From NCBI GenBank assembly GCA_951406725.2, contig OX597823.1, forward strand, positions 4,898,001-4,962,000: a stretch of DNA of 64,000 bases, in the 5' to 3' direction. Position 1 is the stretch's first letter. Each line of letters begins with the position of its first letter. The notes under the pieces are model-generated. The model had not been told where the DNA came from and made no database searches. It worked only from the letters and a program-made list of their open reading frames with translations. This DNA comes from Octopus vulgaris. Its lineage: Eukaryota. Made by a program: the position numbers and the translations under genes. Positions 12,661-25,502 of the stretch are shown here, piece by piece.

Positions 12661-13244
12661 GAAAAAAAATGTGAAATCGCGTGTTGAAACAGATATTGTT
12701 ACATTTCGGGTCGGTAATTTCCCCCCCACCCCCAATAAACACACGCACTATATATTCGTTCTTTACCCTAGGGAAAGACTCCCTCCCCCATTTTCTTCCA
12801 AATTTGTTTATTTAAAAATTTTTTTGCCAAAAATCCCCGTTTTCGAATACGGAGGCTCCGGAAAATTGCCAAAAATTGGCATTGTGAAATCGCCCCCCCC
12901 TTTCCCCCGTATTTTCCCGCATATTTTGAAAACAGAAATTTCTGCAAAAAGTGAAAAATGACGGAAATGGGGGTGGGGGGTAATTTAGAAATGTCGATTT
13001 TTGCCTCTTTTTTTTTTTTGTTTTGCACATTCGTATTCCCCGTAGCCGAAAGGGGGGTGGGTTGTGTCGAAAAAAAAAATGTTAAGGGTGGTTTTGTGGG
13101 AGTGGGGGTGGAGGTCTTGCCCACTCCAGTTTTAGTATTGTTCTTATTTTATGTCCATTGTCTGAAAATTTTTTGTCACACCTCTTCAGCATCTCTCTAT
13201 CTCTCATGTCTCTTCCAGTTTTGTTTAACAGGACAGGGAGAGAC

Positions 13245-14085
13245 ACGTTGCTGTCCTGTCCAGCCATGTGCTCATTTTCGCTTGTTAAAACACATGAGAT
13301 ATGAGGTGGTCGTGAGATGTGCTAAAAATAAACTGCCTTAAATCATGCGCCCCAATTTTTTTCGTTTTGTATAATTATGTGAATTCCTGTGTGGAGAATA
13401 CAAATTCGCAAATGTTCTCAGAAAATTACAAAAAATAGGTAGGGTTGTTGGATAAATGCAACTTATCACATGGATTGAAAAATAGAGTGAAGTGGGTTAG
13501 TGTCCTTGGCCATCCCGAAATAGAACAATATTTTTCAATATCACTTGAAAAAAAAATTTTTATGTGATTTTCGTCATCCTCCGTGTAGAAATTTTGGAAA
13601 AAAAAATTAAATGTTGGAAAGAATTTAACAAGATTCTTCAAATCTTTTCTATTTGGCTGCCACTTTTCAATTTTTTCAATTTTGTTCCAATTGATTTCAT
13701 ATTTGGTGTATTCATGTAGTTTTGTATGGTAACTATTGACATGAAATTCATTTCCCCCCATAAATCAATAAATAAAGAGTCAATAGCAGTCCAAGTTTGA
13801 AAATTTTAGGTAATTTTATCCAATCGAAAGCCACAGACACATAGGTGCTTGTTTCTATAGTAACAAGCCAAGCTGTTACCAAGCTGCTTACCCATCTGTT
13901 GCTGTCTTGTCCAGCCATATGTTCATTTTCGCTTATTAAATGCTTAAAACACATGAGGTATGAGGTAGTCGTGAGATGTGCTAAAAATACCAGCTAAATA
14001 GGCCTTTAATCACGTGCCCCAAATTCTTTTGGCATAATCATACGAATTCCTGTGTGTAGAATACAAATTCGCAAGAAGGGTTAAA
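13245..14085. mobile_element. Unclassified DNA-transposon-like remnant with a ~175-bp internal direct repeat
   Basis: 13247-13411 is similar to 13898-14074 and the segment ends AGGGTTAA; related inverted pieces at 18940-19210. Confidence 0.45.
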
Positions 14086-14638
14086 GGGTGTGCGCAAAGC
14101 AGAATTCCTTCAATATTTCATTTATTTACAGATTTATTTACATGAAAATACGTGCTATCGTTGCAATGTTGACAGCCTGTGCAATTATGCACAAAACGAC
14201 TGCTTCCAAATCTTGTTTGCTGACTCGGTAGAAATTGTCAAAATTCAAACCTCTGTAACTTTTAAAAAAATTTTCTAGAGCAAGTAAATTAGAGGTTGAG
14301 ATTCAGCGTGAAGAATTACACCAATACACCAAATTTGAAAATGTTGACTTAAAATTTCAAAAAATGCAGCCAAACAGAAAAGATCCGATCCTTTTATTAT
14401 TTTGTTTCAGTCATTGGATTGCGGTCATACTAGGGCATCGCCTTGATGGATTTATCTGAACAAATTGATCACTAGTACTTAGGCATTGATGTATGGATAA
14501 GGAACACATTTTGCGACCATGTCATTTTCGGGCTCTGTCCTAGTGTACAACACCTTGAGCATGTGTTTTCTACTATAACCCCGGGACGACTCCAATGTCT
14601 TGTGGGTGAACTTGGTTGTGGGGAAACTGTGGAGGCCC

Positions 14639-14657
<19 letters not shown>

Positions 14658-14669
<12 letters not shown>

Positions 14670-14895
14670 ATTTCAACAATATTAAGGAATGGCCCTGATA
14701 GGCCATTCGACTCACCAGAAAGAGCAGCCAAACTCAAACCGCTAAATAGTAGAAATCAAAGGAAAATTAAAAAATTAATTTTCCTTTGATTTCTGAATTA
14801 CTACTATTTAGCGGTTTGAGTTTGGCTGCTCTTTCTGGTGAGTCGAATGGCCTATCAGGGCCATTCCTTAATATTGTTGAAATTATATATATATA
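14658..14895. repeat. Near-perfect palindrome (~113-bp arms, AAAA loop)
   Basis: 14658-14770 is the reverse complement of 14775-14895 except for one 8-nt indel. Confidence 0.95.
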
Positions 14896-14978
14896 GTCTG
14901 TGACTATTTTCTCTTTCTCACTAGACCGCTGGTGGCGGAAAAAAATTTCTATTGAATTTTTTGCTACCCTTATATTGA

Positions 14979-14981
<3 letters not shown>

Positions 14982-15073
<92 letters not shown>
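14982..15073. repeat. (AT)n microsatellite
   Basis: Long perfect AT run; many similar runs occur across the window. Confidence 0.98.
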
Positions 15074-15077
<4 letters not shown>

Positions 15078-15894
15078 AAAATAGAGATAATTGAATTAGA
15101 GTAATAATTATTTATTAATTACAAAATTGGACATCATCTCTGACTGCTGTTTCGATTCAAGACTAAAAGTTCTTCAAGGCGATGCTCCAGTATGGCTGCA
15201 GTCTAATGAGTGAAACAAGTAAATTATAGATTATGCTTCAGTTTGGATCGCAAAGCCATGCAGATTTGTTCTCAGCCCTTTCCTCCTGACTAAGAGATAA
15301 AAAAATGTTTTTTTCAATCTCAGCATCATTGCTATATTTAGAAGTTGTAACAGTAAATATCATTTATTGTTTATATTGGTCCCTTAGGGATTTCTACACT
15401 CCTTGTTACCCCCACCTTTCAGCACACGTACACACACACGATCACATACACCCAGGCATACATGCATACACACACCTACAGGCAGACACGCACGCGAACA
15501 CACACAGGGGCACTCGTATTCACACGCACACACACACATTTATACATACGTGCACGCTCGCGCGTACACATCTCTGTTGCTCATCATCATGAGGGAACTT
15601 CTCAGTGCGATCGCTCCACTTCCAGAAATAACAACCACATACCCTTCAAATCACAGTCTACTATCTTAAAATGAAATGGCACCTTAGATAATTGTAGTCC
15701 AAGCACACCATGTCTGACCCAATAGATCTATAATCAAATGCTTTTTGTTATTCACAAATGGAACTAATTTGCATTAAAAATTGTCTCAGCCCAAAACGAC
15801 TCGCGACTAAGCAACATACCATCACCAACAACAAAAATACACGAAGGCATCGCGCTCACGCGCACATATACACGCATACGTCTTTTCTTTTTAT

Positions 15895-16466
15895 CTTTTA
15901 CCTGTTTCAGTTTTTGACTGCGGCTTTAAAGGTTTAGTCGACCCCAGAACTAAACCTTGATTTAAATCTGCTGTTTATTCTACCCGTCTCTTTTTGTTAC
16001 GCTTAAACAAGTCAATACCGGTTGTCAAGAGGTGGTGGGGACAAGCGTCAAGACACACACACACGACAGATTTTCCGTGTCCGTCTACCGAGTCCACTCA
16101 AGACTTTGGTTGGCCTGCGGCTGTAGTAAAGGACGCTTGCCCAATATATTGCGCAGTGGGACTGAACCCAAGACCACCACAAGCTTCTTAACTACATACA
16201 TACTTACATTATCTGCCTGTCTGTCTATCTATCTATCTCTGTGTACAGACATACAGTTTTCCTTGTAAAACGCTGCTAAAATGTATAGAGTAATCCTTTA
16301 TAGTTTAATGCTGGGCTTCTACACAGTTTCCGTGTACCAAATTCACTAGCGAAGTCAAGGACCGGTCTGGGGTTATAGTAGGAAATGCTTGCCTAAAGTG
16401 GTGTGCAGTGGGACGGAACCTGAAAACGCATGGTTGTGAAGCTTACTTGCTCATCATACAGCCATG
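15895..16466 (-). mobile_element. Two diverged SINE family A copies
   Basis: Reverse-complement tail and head motifs (GCAGTGGGACTGAACC; GGACGGAACC...CATGGTTG). Confidence 0.7.
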
Positions 16467-17169
16467 GTTTATTAGCATACATTGAAACATACACACACTA
16501 GAATATTAAATTAAATTCTGCAAACTAGAAATATTGAGAAATAAACTTTGGAAATTATTAATGTTAGCTCAGGCATGGCTGTATGGTTATACACTGCTGG
16601 TTTATTTACAATATCATAACTTAGTGGTTCGTTTAATGTAATCGATATAATGTTTAACTCTACAAGATTTTGCCCCTACATGGCCGCAGTCCAATGACTG
16701 AGACAAGTAAAAATGAAAAAATAAAAAGTATTTAATTTTTTGTTCGATAGAGTTGAATAATTATTTTTCATTGAAAGTTTCACACTTGCCCTCAATACAC
16801 ATTTTTCATCCATTTTTTCATGCGTTTACTTTAATGTCTCGCTTGAAATTTTATTGTTTCGACTTCATTGAACGTTACCTTTTTTGATGTTCCAGTTTAC
16901 TTACATCCTCCCACGAAATCTTCGTCATTTCAAACAATAGTTGTATTTCGCTTTATTTTATTATCTCGTCTTTTCTCTTTTTCCCCGTTTACTTGTTTAT
17001 TTGTTCCTTTCTTAATTTCTTTCTTGCTTGCTTCACTGAATCCTATTGTTTATTGATATTTTGCACCGGAATCGGCTATCTTTGATTGACATCTCATATT
17101 ATTAAATTCTAAAGAGCTTAGTTCAATTATACTAAACACTGCAGGGGATTTTTTTTAACGGAAAATCAG

Positions 17170-17200
<31 letters not shown>

Positions 17201-18217
17201 GATGGGTGACTATACTGTCCATAAATTAAACACTTAACCCCGAAGATGGACCTAACTCCCATGGTCACCGACCTATTTGATCTATTTAGTTTTACTGCTG
17301 CCTACCTATTATATTTCGCTCGTTCATGACAGGATGAACAAGAAAATAAAATAAAATAGGAAATACGGAAAATAAGATAAACTAAAAACTAAACCGTTAT
17401 CTTTTATTGAAAAGCTAATATAAACGTCACAATCAGACGAGCTTGGAATAAATTCTTCGCATCCATAATAGTGTTCAAGTGAAATACACTCCGTTTACGA
17501 AGGTGACATTCATTTAAAAGAAGAAAAGTGCGTGGTATTTCGTTTTGGACAGACTATTGTAGTTATAGTATGGCGAATGGTTAAGAAATTTGCTTTGCAA
17601 CTACGTGGTTTCAGGTTCGATTCTCAACTGGGGGGAGTCGTCTTTCTTTTGTTTCTTTCACTAACACGTTATAAAGTCACCGATAGTTAGTTGTTCAACC
17701 CTAGTGATCGATAAAGAAAAAGGGTGAATGGAACTTATTCTAAGCATGCTTTTGCAGATGGAGAACAACAGTTAGGTGAGGGTTTATATCAAGGTGGTCG
17801 TGGAAATGTGGGGTTCTTTGATTGGCTCTAGATCAATGGTTTTCAACCAATTTTTGCCTATGGACCCTTTTGAGTTCTATTTTACTCTGTTGGATCTCCA
17901 TACTCATTTACTTATATATATGTGTATGTAAATCTTACTGTATTTTTATAATTGGATTTTATGGATCTAGTTGGTTTGGCTGCCAGCATTTCAAAAATTG
18001 AAGTTTATTGAAAATTTTTTAATTTGGCACATTAATATACTTTTCCAAGCTGAATTGCTGGAGTTATCTCACTTTTCCAGAAAAATGTTTTTAAAAAGCT
18101 ATAGAGGTTTAAAGTTTGGTCATTTTCACCCAGTCAGGAAACAAGATTTGGAAGCAGTCATTTTGTGCGTGACGGCACATGCTGTCAACATTCTGAAATT
18201 AGCATGTGTTTTTATAT

Positions 18218-18632
18218 GAAGAAGCTTCCAAACCACATAGTTCTAGGTTCAGTCTCACTGCGTAGCAGCTTGGGCAAGTGCTTTTTACTATAGCCGCGGG
18301 GCAACCGAAGCCTTATGAGTGGATTTGGTGGATCTAGTCTTTTTCATTCGCAGATGCTAAACTATAATAAATTCCACAGGTACAACGTTAAAGTTGACAC
18401 TGCTCTGCTAAACGCAGAAAATTTCTATATCGCTATTGGCTAAAAATACAGTTTTCATGATTATTAAATCTCTCTAACTTTTTCCTCCACAACATCATAC
18501 CTTCATAGCAATTACACTGGAAGACTATATTATTATAGCCAATTTTCAGATTTTTTACTGTCTTTTAAAATGCATATTTTGCGAATGAAAAAAACTAGAT
18601 CCAATTTGGTAGATGGAAACCAAAAGCCTGTC

Positions 18633-18678
<46 letters not shown>

Positions 18679-18870
18679 CTGTATTTGTCCCTGTACTGTC
18701 GCTTGACAACCGATGCTGGTGTGTTTACATCCCCTGTAACTTAGTGGTTTGGCAAAAGAGACCAATAGAATAAGTACCAGGCTTACAAAGAATAAGTCCT
18801 GGGGTCGATTTGTTCGACTAAAAGTGGTGCTCCAACATGGCCGCAGTCAAATGACTGATACAAGTAAAAT
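18218..18870 (+). mobile_element. SINE family A interrupted by a MITE
   Basis: Head at 18218-18329, resuming at 18603 (TTTGGTAGATGGAAAC) through the tail. Confidence 0.8.
18330..18602. mobile_element. MITE with ~23-bp TIRs and an 8-bp TSD (Merlin- or hAT-like)
   Basis: TIRs GGATCTAGTCTTTTTCATTCGCA / TGCGAATGAAAAAAACTAGATCC; flanks GATTTGGT / AATTTGGT. Confidence 0.8.
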
Positions 18871-19823
18871 TAAGTGAAAGAAATCAAATTCTGCTTAACG
18901 TATGACATAACTTCTTTAAAATTTGGAATTTTCAGAAAAATTTTGTGAATTTATACTCTATTCACAGGAATTCATATGATTATGCAAAAAAAAAATTTTA
19001 ATGGTGGCGTGATTTAAGGCGTATTTAGCTGTTATTTTTCGCATATCTCGTGACCAGGGCACAAGTAACAAAACACACCGCCGACGCACGTGGCATCGTG
19101 TAGAATATATATATATGTCAACACACGTGCTTTCTTGCTGACAAAAGAGTTCTCATGTTTGGCTTGTTACTATGGAAACAGGTATGAATGTGCTTGTGGC
19201 TTACGATTGGCCTATATATCTATTGATATATATAATGTATGGATGTTGGTTACAGCAACAGAATCTGTGTGGTCTGTGTTTTTAAAAATGGTATTTATAA
19301 ATAAAGTGTAAAGTTTCTTAAGTTTGAATGCTCCATTGGCAAAGAGAGTTGCTGAGTTTTCAGGGATTGAGAAAAGATTTCTTTCATCATTGGAGAGGAT
19401 TGAAAAATGACTGGAAATACCAGAGAACTAATCCTTTGTGCATGAGTGGGAGAGAAGGAGTGGCAGAGGAAGGAGGAAGAGAGCTAGAGAGCAAGGGAGA
19501 GGTGGGGGTAGAGAAAGAGGGAAGAGAAGGAAGGAGAATGGGGGGGGGGAGATATGAAGAGAATTTAAAAGGATTTGTGATATGATGAGAGTGCTGGTGG
19601 AGGTGGAGAGAACATAAAAAAAAGACACAGGAAGAATAGGGAGTAGATGGGGTTAGAACAGGAAGAGGAAGGGTACTGGACAGTTCGAAGAGGGAAGGGG
19701 TTATTTTTGTTGACCAGGTCAATGACCATCAAAAGCATCTTGTTATTAGTTTCTTTCTCTTGCTCAGCTGTATCACACACACACATACACATGCACACAC
19801 ACATACACACGCACATACGCAAG

Positions 19824-19968
<145 letters not shown>

Positions 19969-20423
19969 TATCTTTTATCTTTTACTTGTTTCAGTCATCA
20001 GTGTTGGGGCACCACTGGCTTGAATTATAGTCAATCAACCCCAGCAATAATTTTTTAAAAACCAGTATTTAAAAAAAAATATATATTTGTGTGTGTGTCA
20101 TTGTGTCCGTGTTGTCCCTACCACTGCTTGACAGCTGGTGTTGGTGTATTTACATCCTCTGTAACTTAGTAGTTTGTCAAAAAATCTGATAGAATAATAC
20201 CAGGCTTAAAACAAAAAGTTCTGGAGTTAGTTTGTGTGACTAACATTCTTGCAGGTGGTGCCCCAGTATGGCAACAATCTGATGACTGAAACAAGTGAAA
20301 GATAAAGAAGTTCAAAAAAAAGATGATGAGTTCACTTGTTTCAGGGAAAGGTAAAGATAGTCAAAGAAAGATAAAGAAGTTTTAAAAAAATGACGATTTC
20401 ACTTGGGCATAGTGATACTAATA

Positions 20424-20744
20424 ACATCATCGTCGTTTAACGTCCATTTTCCCTGCTAGCACGGGTTGGACGGTTCAACTGGGGTCTGGGAAGCCAGGAG
20501 GCTGCCCCAGGCTCCAGTCTGATCTGGCAATGTTTCTACAGCTGGATGCCCTTCCTAACACCAACCACTCCGTAAGTGTTGTGGGTGCTGTTTACGTGCC
20601 ACCGGCACAGGTGCCAAGGGAGGCTGGCAGCGGCCACGATCGGTTGGTGCTTTTTACATGCCACCACCTTGACTGGCTTCTGTGCCGGTGGCATGTAAAA
20701 AGCACCAACCGATCGTGGCCGCTGCCAGCCTCCCTTGGCACCTG
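20424..20744 (-). mobile_element. RTE-type 3' end with a 5' inversion-duplication
   Basis: Tail at 20424-20600; perfect 58-bp inverted repeat at 20608-20665 / 20687-20744. Confidence 0.9.
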
Positions 20745-20839
20745 AAACAAGTAACAGATAAAAGATAAAGACTGACAGAAAGGAAGAAAGAAAAAACACA
20801 AGGGGACACTAAATTGATAGGTGAAATAACCATCAGAGA

Positions 20840-21430
20840 TGCTTTACCTCATACAGAAACTGCAGGAGCCACTCAGAGGTTCCACACTCATCTGAAGCCA
20901 TTGTTTTATCGGAAACCATCCTGTATCATCAGCAGGTGGTCTCAGAGCTGCAAGTGTTTCACCCCTTAACCTGTACACTTTGCCTGAGTGGAGCAGCAAA
21001 GGCTTCCACTTGTTGTTTCTTGCCAATCAGAGCCACATTGTGCTTGTTTCAGCTGCTGTTATCTTCTCGGTGGCTTTCTTTAATAGCCTGCATTCCAGAT
21101 CTATCTTCAGTAGGAAATAGCAGCACACTGATCTGGCTGGAAAACAAATGGCTGCTGACTTCAATGGTGAATGAGGCTGCATGCCATCACTTGACAAGGG
21201 CCTCGTCAACTAAGGCTTGATAGTTGTTTGTTTTCTCTCTGGTGGAAAACATCAAGTGTATCCTCCCAGAGCACTGTGAGTTTGACCATGATGATTGTTT
21301 TTATACTTCTGGAGAGCAGGAACATGTTTGGTCAGGGTGGTGTTACCACTATCTTAACTGGGGGGAAAAAAGGCTGCCCTTCAGCCAACATTTACTTGAA
21401 GAAATCTGAAGTAAAGTATATATGCTTATA
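20840..21430 (-). mobile_element. 3' remnant of an RLE-type non-LTR element (HERO/NeSL-like)
   Basis: Minus-strand peptides PNMFLLSRSIKTIIMVKLTVLWED (PD..ELTVPWE restriction-like endonuclease motif) and FPARSV...AAETSTMWL. Confidence 0.65.
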
Positions 21431-21694
21431 GTCAACTGAATAGCTATTTTCAACTTATCTGATGGATAGGATTCCAAAATGGTTAATTCTTATTAATCTA
21501 TTGTTAATGTTTTTGTTGAAGAATGTGGAAAAAGTATGATGACTTCTCTTAGGTTTTACAGATGCACAAACAGACAAGAGATGGTGGGCCATTGGAATAG
21601 GGTTCGTGAAAAGGATGTATGTACTATGTGAATTTGAACATTTTGATTTTGGCCTTGGGCCTTAACAGGCACCAATTGATATTTGTGTATCACC

Positions 21695-21761
<67 letters not shown>

Positions 21762-21925
21762 ATGTATGTATATATATATATGTATGTATATATCTTTATT
21801 TTTATTTTTCTGTTCTATAAAACACAAAAAAAACAACCACATTGTTATGACTTTTAAATCTCTGTTCAACTTCATTGAGATAATGCTTCAAAATAACCTG
21901 TAATATATATGTGTATGTGTACATA

Positions 21926-21976
<51 letters not shown>

Positions 21977-22118
21977 CATACATGTGTATATATGTGTTCA
22001 ACCCGTGCTAGCGTGGAAAACGGGCGTTAAACGATGATGATGATGATGATATATATATATATATTTACATATGTGTGTATGTATATATATACACACACAT
22101 TTGCATGTGTGTATGTGC

Positions 22119-22166
<48 letters not shown>

Positions 22167-23245
22167 CATACATAGACACATGCAATGTGTGTGTCTGACG
22201 TTTGTTGAGGACTATCATATTAAGTAACAGACGACATGGAGTGAATGAGATTGCTCTCGAAATAAAACGAAATATCAGAGGACACACAGTAAACTTTTCA
22301 CAATATTACAATGACACGCATGTATACACACACACATATGTAAATATACATATATACATACACACACACACGTGTTTTTGAATGTATATGCATATGTACG
22401 TAAGAAGATATGTGTATGTGTGTATATATATATATATAATTGCTCATGACTGAAAATGGTAGCATGTTCTTTTTCTGTCTGAGAATACCAACTAATTCTT
22501 GAAGCCAAAGACTGGTCCACGAAACTTACCAAATTACCATTATTTTCAGCCACAAAATAACGACTTAAAGATTATGTATTCACTCACAGACACCACCCAC
22601 CTTCATCCCACATATTCATATTCATATAACACACACACACACACACACATGCATGCACACTCTTTGGTGTTTACATAGACATATTATGTCTATATAGAGA
22701 GGTTAACGTCAGTACCATTGTACCATGATAGATGTAGACAAAATATAGAGAGGCAGGTGCATTGTTTAGGTTATGTGAACTGTCAGTAGATATAAGTACA
22801 AGTGAGACAGCTGAGTATGCTTTATTTTTAATCTCTTATTCTTTTATTTGTTTCTGTGGTTGATTTGCAGTCATGCTGGAGCACCGTCATGAAGGGTTTT
22901 AGCCAAACAAATCAACCCCTGCACTTTTTTCTTTGTTGCTATTATAATGTGGTAAGCTGGCAGAATTGTTAGCATCTGGATAAGATACTTAGCAGTATTT
23001 CTTTACATTCCGAGTTCAAATTGACTATGCTTTTCATCCTTTTGGCGTTGATAAAACAAAGTACCAGTCAAGTACTAAGATCAATGCAATCAACTTGTTT
23101 CCTTTCCTCAAAATTGCCTGGCCCTGTACCAAAATTAGGGAAGATCACAAACCTTTTTGGTTGATGAGATACTGTGACATTGCTGAAGACTATGTATTTG
23201 GATTGGCTTTTGTGCCAAAACTATAGAATTAATGTTTCCTAGAAA

Positions 23246-23399
23246 TACTAGTGTAGCTGGGGTGGGTGGGTGTAGGAGTGGTCCGCCCTGGGTGGCACTT
23301 TTGGGTCTGCTGTAGTCAATATGTGTTTTTTTGTGGTGTCTGGGGGCAGCAAACAGAAAGGCTTCCCTGGGCAGCACACTCACTCTAGCTACACTAGTG
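23246..23399. mobile_element. hAT-like MITE
   Basis: TIRs TACTAGTGTAGCT / AGCTACACTAGTG; 8-bp flanks CCTAGAAA / CCTAGAAT. Confidence 0.7.
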
Positions 23400-23521
23400 C
23401 CTAGAATTCCCCACTGCTGCTCCTGATTCAACACAATTCCTTTTTGACATTTACCTAAGCTTGTGTGTACCAAGCTCTAATTCTGTGACACAAACTAAAT
23501 GTTAATTTATGATCCAAATGT

Positions 23522-23740
23522 AAGGCAGCAAGCTGCCAGAATTGTTAGCATGCCAGACAAATTGCTTAGTGCCATTTCATCCATCTTTATGTTCTGAGTT
23601 CAAATTCTGCTGAGCTTGACTTTGCCTTTCATCCTCTTGGGTTTGATAAAATAAGTACCAGTTGAGCACTGGGGTCGATGTAATCAATTTAACCCTTACC
23701 CTGAACTTGCTGGCCTTGTGCCAAAATTTGAAACCAGTCT
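23522..23740 (+). mobile_element. tRNA-derived SINE family B
   Basis: AGCTGCCAGAATTGTTAGC (A box), GAGTTCAAATTC (B box), TTTGCCTTTCATCC...GATAAAATAAGTACCAG core. Confidence 0.8.
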
Positions 23741-24209
23741 GTATTCCAAACACCAGATTAATAATGAGAAAGTTATTTTACTAAATTCTTCATTATTTTC
23801 AAAATCAGGCATCTAGCATTGACAAAGATAAGGAAGGTGGAAATCATGTGATCTGGTAGTCCTGGTGGTGGCAATGGTGGTGATTGTCTTCCACTAGTAA
23901 TGTAAACAAGAGGGTTTATATGCACTACAAAACCTTATGAGAGGTTCTCTTATGGCAACTATTACAGTATTCTGTGTTCTAACATGACATTTACTTATAA
24001 GTGGTGATAAATATTACTTTTGGTGTTAATACTGTCTCTGTTGCTATTAATTATTTTTTAAAGGCAGTTTATTTCAGCAAAAATATGGTAACAAAAGGGT
24101 TAAACAGACCTATGTCAAAAGGTATCCCCACCATGACCATCCAGTCATTTTTATTTAACATCAATAAATCCCACACTATATCATCTAATGATGGTAGGGT
24201 GTAATTTAA

Positions 24210-24453
24210 CCCTTCTGATATCAACCTGCCTGAGACCATCCTTGGTTCTATGATACAAATTTCTTATTCTAAAGTGATCTAAATTTAAAAACAAACCTTC
24301 CCTCAAAACTTCATGTTAATTTATGTTGGTAAATTAATTTCATGTTAATTTACTAAATTTTTCACTATTTTGCTAAATTTACTAAATTCTTTCATTATTA
24401 CTAAATTTTTCATTATTTCAAAGTTTATTGCAGCCAAGGCATAACAAAAGGGT
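24210..24453. mobile_element. piggyBac-like TTAA MITE (same family as 52117-52338)
   Basis: Ends TTAA-CCCTTCTGATATCA ... ACAAAAGGG-TTA. Confidence 0.65.
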
Positions 24454-24669
24454 TATGATGCAAAGTGTTTAATAATTAATTAATAATTCTAGCAGGTTAA
24501 TTGTGGACATCACAACATACTTCAGAATATGGAAACTAAAATAAATCCAAATTACATAAAATAAATATTTAAATAAACAAATAAAAAAAAATCAAGAACA
24601 AAACAAAACCAATAACAAAGTTAGCATGGTGATTTGTCTTTCAAGCTTTTCTTTGTTCTTATTTATATG

Positions 24670-25502
24670 CAGGGTGCGATGGGTAAATTGTTGCCATTTT
24701 ATATTTTTAATTTCACGTATGCGCATTGTTTGTTTTCGATTTTGTTGACTACACAGTATAGTAGGGTCAGCTGGGCACTGTCAGTGAGAAAAACAGCACC
24801 ATGGCACAATTCACTCTGCCAGAAATTTGGAAGCTCCAATACGAACATTTCAGAGTGTTTGGGTGTCAATCTGAGGACATGTACTGAGAGTGATAAAAAT
24901 CAAACATCCAGTCAATATCATGAGTGTTTGCAGTGATCACTAGTGATGACAACATTATGCCTCCATTCATCCTCCACATGGCCTCAGACTCAATGCAGAA
25001 GCTTACATCAAGTGCCTGGAGGAGGCAGTGCTGCTCTGGGTCAAGAGGGTGGCTGCTGGAAGATCCTAAGTCTGTCAACAGGGTACTGCACCATGCCACA
25101 CAAGCAGAAGAACCCAGTCATGGCTGTCAGACAATTTCTGTGACCACATCACCCCTAACATCTGGCCACCTAACTCCCCAGACTGCAAGCCCCTTGATTA
25201 TTGTGAGTGGGACAGTTGAGCAAAGCAACCAACAAAACTCCTTGTAACACCAAAGATGAATTGAAAGCAAGGGTTATGGCAGCATTCACAAACTTAAACA
25301 AGGAGACCATCAAGAAGTGTTGCAGGAGATTCTGAAGTTGTATGGAAGCTGTGGTTGAAGCCAATGGCGATTTTATTGAATAAATTTACTCTTTAGTAAT
25401 TCAATATGTTTTTATATAATTTTGGTAATATATCTGTTAAAATGAGGTGTCAGTGTTATTTTCAGTTTTGTTTAATTTAGACAATTTATTCATTGCACCC
25501 TG
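24670..25502 (+). mobile_element. Internally deleted DD37D (maT) Tc1/mariner element
   Basis: TIRs CAGGGTGCGATGGGTAAATTGT / ACAATTTATTCATTGCACCCTG-TA; QQG(D)TAPCH...WPPNSPDCKPLDY with 37-residue spacing; C-terminus EAVVEANGDFIE*. Confidence 0.85.

Noticed and set aside
17228-17265. Minus-strand start exon MGVRSIFG
   Set aside because: Weak donor (GTTAAG) and no downstream exons found.
17758-17775. 18-nt plus-strand microexon (TTTGCAG...GTGAGG)
   Set aside because: Splice-like words alone are common by chance; no partner exons identified.
19440-19700. Purine-rich tracts (also 2380-2710, 29360-29680, 40860-40970) as G4/triplex elements or ORFs
   Set aside because: Generic low-complexity DNA, abundant in this genome; no specific signal.
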